Shown here: in pieces, positions 61,301 to 64,000 of the stretch | Layout: each line of letters starts with the position of its first letter | How positions within the stretch are numbered: the first letter of the stretch is position 1 | Origin: Thermoplasmata archaeon | GTDB taxonomy: Archaea; Thermoplasmatota; Thermoplasmata; GCA-020350865 | Assembly (NCBI GenBank): GCA_020348445.1 | Contig: CP070751.1 | Coordinates: 3,184,341-3,248,340 of the forward strand | Direction of reading: 5' to 3' | Length of the DNA: 64,000 nucleotides | Notes under the pieces: generated by a model | The model's database searches: none | Told to the model about the DNA's origin: nothing | What the model saw: the letters and a program-made list of their open reading frames with translations, nothing else | Translations under genes and position numbers: made by a program

Positions 61301-61559
61301 GGCTCTCATGGGCATAATAGCCGGCGCCATATACTATGCACTTATGCATATAACAGAATGGCAGGCAGAAGCAGTGGTTCTTATGCATGAACTCGGGCAC
61401 TCTATAAACATTGTTGATTTCAACCCGTATCCAGTCGAGGATTACTGCTCTGACAAATCCTGTGTAATGGCGCTTGGGAATTACAAGAATTGTAAGAGTA
61501 ACCCCGGCTACTGCAGCCATCACTGGAGCCAAAGAGATCTTTCCCCTGTTAAGCAATAG
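55323..61559 (+). CDS. Giant secreted protein: 13 PKD + Ig + helical repeats + TSP3-like Ca repeats + C-terminal metzincin protease
   Basis: Signal peptide; PKD repeats; DxDxDG(L/M)xD/N repeats; HELGH and SCVMA Met-turn. Confidence 0.93.
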   Translation: MVKDTRFRTLKSVSAIFAVFCAAVLVSASFAGVVETEFTETQDSEEQQISDVVKDQTELEDMGTEMWGPVLLGPNEPPVANAGPMITVDTNEVVQFDGSDSNDPDGSIVSYKWYFQDDSTGSGVNPTHSYTKEGFYNVILVVEDNNGATDQDSVLITVHNVYPDAHTSIDVTAYEDELVTFDASGSLDTPSDQSTLTYVWDFGDGSIGVGKIMTHTYTISGLYTVILSVLDNDAVLDRDIMTVSVENLPPVADAGPDQIVDEDSLVLFDGSGSTDTPSDLPGLSYSWDFGDGHIGTGVSPSHLYSREGTYTVYLTVHDCGDCVSDVDSLIVIVNNLQPAADAGPDQTVNEDQLVFFSGAGQDSASDYPILSYAWNFGDGTVGFGKNPTHAFQDQGTYTVTLTVVDDNGEFGQDTMFVTVVNLGPVVDAGPDVEVNEDVPVQFMGYAYDTPSDEQSFSYSWDYGDGSTGSGEYTTYTYTTQGTYTVTLTVMDDDSEIGTDTLTVTVKNIPPTVVVTYTSPCPIIIAGDMLTFDAMVFDSPSDMATLTFTWDFGDGTIVTGAPPVTHAYANPGIYKVTLTVTDDDGAVGQDIVVIVVEEHSMELEIIPLVYEVMPGETAEYIIILRNTGTIDDAYTLTLTTSTDPLWAGCPPCKFHLGVEQILVPAKSERRIALPFTPLENLPLDADTTLGFEVTATCVHQANEVSNAPLFDSAGDDLIIIATYESRLRWAQVEIESLITDFSGGNPTDATLLKALEEVSEALFFSSTSDSPDFNYVMSIEHVKAGLHNLETTSGSVPTGVIIDLLLIAVDNMVEDTITTAEIQAGPSNIHVMDAWNLHTTAQGRIAVGDIENGMEQYKNAYMEAERAEGEWVPREYADALTQAISDINILLLGPYSAPALNKLQMAEDELIAAQGKIGYGLMKDSFINVKNAIQHLQVAETQGAPTASIMLDLTNAIESTTEMLITETETHVGMEVNDIKQAWSKFYQGKSFAMVGQYLQAIDKYDGAYKHALLAEDWIPIADAGADQTAIEDDVVYFDASNSRDRDGIVLFYEWNFGDGCTEYGVFTSHAYKDAGPYIVTLLITDNEGLKDIDTMVVTVHNVAPTADIVLNYLPASSSPPNTVYMDDVILFDAIYSDTPSDLPGLIIKWDFGDDTIGFGAHIHHAYTAPGTFLVTLTVFDEDGDFGSATEIITVKNVIPEAVVTFSQIAFEDEVVYLSGYGHDSPSDMDTLTYSWDFGDGTTGMGKDVIHVYTDEGIYTVTLTVTDIHGGSGSSTITVSVINPPPMADAGWIQYSKEDSTVNFLGTGSDTPSDKSSLTYSWEFGDGTSASGAAQSHVYSLSGAYMVTLTVTDDDGDIGVDRIPVFVENVEPTANAGPDQIVNEDDVVVFGPGGSDSSSDISSLQYYMCVCPKCVGLGTSHIHVYNLKGVYTVILTVVDDDGAEAYDEMTVTVNNVAPVAYAGSDVTVNENELVFFSGSATDTPSDHPLLEYAWDYDGDGDTEAFGREVMHAFESSGTYTVTLIVTDNDGAVSTDTVTVTVDNLVPTAYAGPDLVVTGGARYLDFHGLGFDTPSDQYSLAYSWNFGDGGTATGEYVRHLYSSGGTYTVTLTVTDNDGATATDTAIIMILLDSDEDGLPDYWEILYGLDPNDPDGDNGGQGDPDGDDLTNLEEYGYGTHPKNRDTDGDSHNNNFWDGAEIAYWLSKGKTDDQAGTNANTWDVDGDGMPDGWEVWYAQNPASGAAYNLLNPDNYGDRNQDPDGDGLTNIQEYNAGTDPTNPDTDGDGMPDGWEVTYGLNPLWYWDRYGDMDSDGLNNIKEYQHGTNPTNPDTDGDTMADGWEVTYGLDPTSPGDKNGDSDDDGLKNYQEYALRGKGAKPNYKDLFVEIDYMSGHKPRDSVLDYIEDYYSDRGIHLLFEVDEQVPHDSSMTSAEWDSYHSTYLDNVGTHKHVIFMHKYHDGSLGVCTLPIPDDQTIIADQECEDWVLQHNLMHAAIAALMGIIAGAIYYALMHITEWQAEAVVLMHELGHSINIVDFNPYPVEDYCSDKSCVMALGNYKNCKSNPGYCSHHWSQRDLSPVKQ

Positions 61560-61610
61560 GAAAATTTGGTTTCCTAAAATTGAATTGAACAGCCACTTAC
61601 TATGTAGACT

Positions 61611-62243
61611 TTGTTAGTGAGTTCCATGGAGAAAGAAAGAAAGGTATTGATAATCGTACTGATCGCTTTTGCGATAGTAATAGCATCGATAGGTTATTTT
61701 GTATATTTAATAATAGAAGTTGAGACTGTAGAAAGAAGCCAATCATACGAATATAAATTGGAGATAATTCCTGATGAGACCGGGGAATATACAGTGTACG
61801 TCCCAATTGTGATCAATGAAGATAAATCGATTTCAGAGCTTATGGATGACCTCCATATAACAAAAGGTGATGCAACATATGAGATCATTGAAACAGAACA
61901 TGGATGGGCCCTTAAAATCGTATCAAATACAGAAGTAAGTATCGAATCATCCATAGATGAACCTATTTCTTTCCCGTATCTCAGCATGTTGAACGAATCC
62001 ATTGAAAGAAAAGAAGCTCATAGCGAAGTGAATTTCTGGGTTTTTTATGATAAACTAGAAGGGGAAGGGAATATAACCTTAAGTGTCCACCTTTCTACAG
62101 ATTCAGAAAGAGTTTGGTATAACGGTTTGGGTCTAGAAAAATGGAGCAGCGGTACTCATAGAGAGGAAAAAATAGATGAAGTGACTGTAACTTCCGGATG
62201 GCAAAAGGTTCCTGGTTATATCTCGATTGAGGTTTCAAATTAG
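61611..62243 (+). CDS. Single-TM anchored extracellular beta-rich protein
   Basis: N-terminal hydrophobic helix, soluble ~175 aa domain. Confidence 0.75.
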   Translation: MLVSSMEKERKVLIIVLIAFAIVIASIGYFVYLIIEVETVERSQSYEYKLEIIPDETGEYTVYVPIVINEDKSISELMDDLHITKGDATYEIIETEHGWALKIVSNTEVSIESSIDEPISFPYLSMLNESIERKEAHSEVNFWVFYDKLEGEGNITLSVHLSTDSERVWYNGLGLEKWSSGTHREEKIDEVTVTSGWQKVPGYISIEVSN

Positions 62244-62437
62244 ATTGACAAAGGGTGGGAAAGGAGAAAACATATGCTGAAATAAACTTATGAAAGGAAA
62301 GTTATTTATTTAACTAGTATGTTAAAGTCTGGGGTGTAATTCATGACAAGGCTTATCTTACTGGGTAATTGTTTGAATATGATAATCCTCTTATGTAAAT
62401 CATCTCTATATACAATAGTCAGGAGGCGATGATTTAT

Positions 62438-64000
62438 ATGAGAAGGGCAATTGGGATATCACTTGCTTTGATTATCTTGCTTAGTGGATTGTATCTGGTA
62501 GCACAAACTCCAAGTGCCACACCATATACCACACCTGATACTGGGGTGACTTGGTACATGGACGACTTGGTGCTAAATTCTGGCGGGACCGTTATCGGAG
62601 GTGGTGGTACTTATGTTATCACGGACCACGTATACATATCCCCAAGAGACACCATAATCATTCAACCTGGAGAGATCATAAAATTCGATTCAGGTGTAAA
62701 TTTAACAGTAAACGGAACACTGATTGCAGACGGGAATGGAGCCAATATGATAACATTCACATCAAACGCATCCAGCCCTGGTGCAGGGGATTGGGGGTGC
62801 ATCATATTTGAAGATACAAGTTCAGATGCAAATTGTATAATAAACTATAGTACGATTGAGTTCTCAAACTATGGAATTTTATGCGAACATGCCTCCCCGA
62901 CTATCACGAACAACACCATAACAATGAATGCACTTTTTGGAATGGTCTTAAATGCTTCCTCTCCTTTAATAGAGAATAATACTATCTCATCCAATTTGTA
63001 CGGTATCGTATGTGGTTACCCTTCCAAACCCGTAATTAGAAACAACCAAATTTTAGACAATTTTATAAGCGGTATTTTCAGCACCGATTCTAATGCCGAA
63101 ATCGATGGAAACACCATCTCAGGGGGCATGTCTGCCATCTTTTGTGCATTTGGCTCACCTGACATCAAGAATAACACATTATCGAGCATGGCCCCCTATT
63201 CTATCCTCGCAGTTAATGTCACTGATATCAATGTCACAGACAATACCTTCATCGACTCCCAAATGATAATATATAATTCATCTATAAATAAAATGTTGCT
63301 CGTGGATTCAGTTGCAACCACAGTGAACTGCACATATCCAATACCAACTCTTGATATAGATTCCAATTCGATTCTCATTGTTCAGAACTACCTGCATGTA
63401 AAGGTAATTGATAGCGGAAGTGCCCCAATGCAGGGTGCATGGGTGAATGTAACTGATAATGGAGATCAGATATATTCAAGACAAACAGATGCTGATGGGT
63501 ATTGTCTGTGGTTCGAGGTAACAGATAGGGTATACTATTATGGAAATAGCCCTACAGAGAATATTACCGGAATTACCGTCGAAAATGGTACCATGTCTTT
63601 TACTTGCCTTACAAGCGCCGACCCATCTGACATCGACATGTTTTTGTCTCATGTGGAAATCTTTCAAGGCTCTCCTGATTATGGTATCAATTTGGTATTT
63701 GGCTGGAATCTAATATCGATACCATTTATTCAATCTGATACTAACATTAATTCTGTTCTGTCCACTATTTCTGGGGACTACGATGCCGTGCAGTGGTACA
63801 ATGCAAGTGATACAGCTGATCAGTGGAAACACAATCGACCAGGAAAACCATCCCAACTAAACGATCTGAATGACATAGACCATACCATGGGATTTTGGAT
63901 ACATATCACCGATATAAATGGCGTTCTATTTCTTTATCCCGGAACCGAACCTGTAGTTAACCAGAATATCAACCTCCGTTCCGGTTGGAACCTCGTGGGT
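62438..64000 (+). CDS. Secreted right-handed beta-helix protein, partial (runs off the window end)
   Basis: Not in track. SD AGGAGG; MRRAIGISLALIILL signal; repeated I.NNTI / N..GI beta-helix turns; GWNLISIP and GWNLVG modules; open to 64000. Confidence 0.9.
   Translation, partial: MRRAIGISLALIILLSGLYLVAQTPSATPYTTPDTGVTWYMDDLVLNSGGTVIGGGGTYVITDHVYISPRDTIIIQPGEIIKFDSGVNLTVNGTLIADGNGANMITFTSNASSPGAGDWGCIIFEDTSSDANCIINYSTIEFSNYGILCEHASPTITNNTITMNALFGMVLNASSPLIENNTISSNLYGIVCGYPSKPVIRNNQILDNFISGIFSTDSNAEIDGNTISGGMSAIFCAFGSPDIKNNTLSSMAPYSILAVNVTDINVTDNTFIDSQMIIYNSSINKMLLVDSVATTVNCTYPIPTLDIDSNSILIVQNYLHVKVIDSGSAPMQGAWVNVTDNGDQIYSRQTDADGYCLWFEVTDRVYYYGNSPTENITGITVENGTMSFTCLTSADPSDIDMFLSHVEIFQGSPDYGINLVFGWNLISIPFIQSDTNINSVLSTISGDYDAVQWYNASDTADQWKHNRPGKPSQLNDLNDIDHTMGFWIHITDINGVLFLYPGTEPVVNQNINLRSGWNLVG

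Noticed and set aside
1-64000. Transposases, integrases, proviral or cas genes
   Set aside because: No ORF with DDE, tyrosine-recombinase, capsid or Cas motifs was recognised

Overview
Archaeal chromosomal window, most likely an uncultured anaerobic Thermoplasmatota lineage. Support: rps13-rps4-rps11-rpoD operon, archaeal-type TIM, RPA plus partner, RAD55-like ATPase, GGTGA/GGAGG SD sites, and secreted proteins with a GWNLISIP-type C-terminal module. Housekeeping genes include cobO, phi, tpiA, thyA, nrdJ, a NOG1 GTPase, Na/Pi transporter-PhoU, tRNA-Leu(GAG) and tRNA-Pro(CGG). They are mixed with a copper-resistance cluster, a CcdA/redoxin cluster and several extracellular proteases/adhesins. 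Two paralogous giant PKD surface proteins point outward near the two window ends (1-4028 minus, absent from the ORF track; 55323-61559 plus). Best candidate for an undescribed system: the co-oriented three-gene cluster 28883-33296, encoding a GCS2/PafA-superfamily carboxylate-amine ligase, an amidohydrolase and a CDC48-N-domain/vWA fusion, which resembles a writer/eraser/reader protein-tagging module (inference). Other leads: four tandem YgiT-like double zinc-ribbon paralogs, tRNA-derived mimic hairpins beside both tRNAs, a permuted DsbD-like fusion, a PrsW sensor cluster, and two small ORFs missing from the track. All family calls come from motif recognition by eye; no database search was run.
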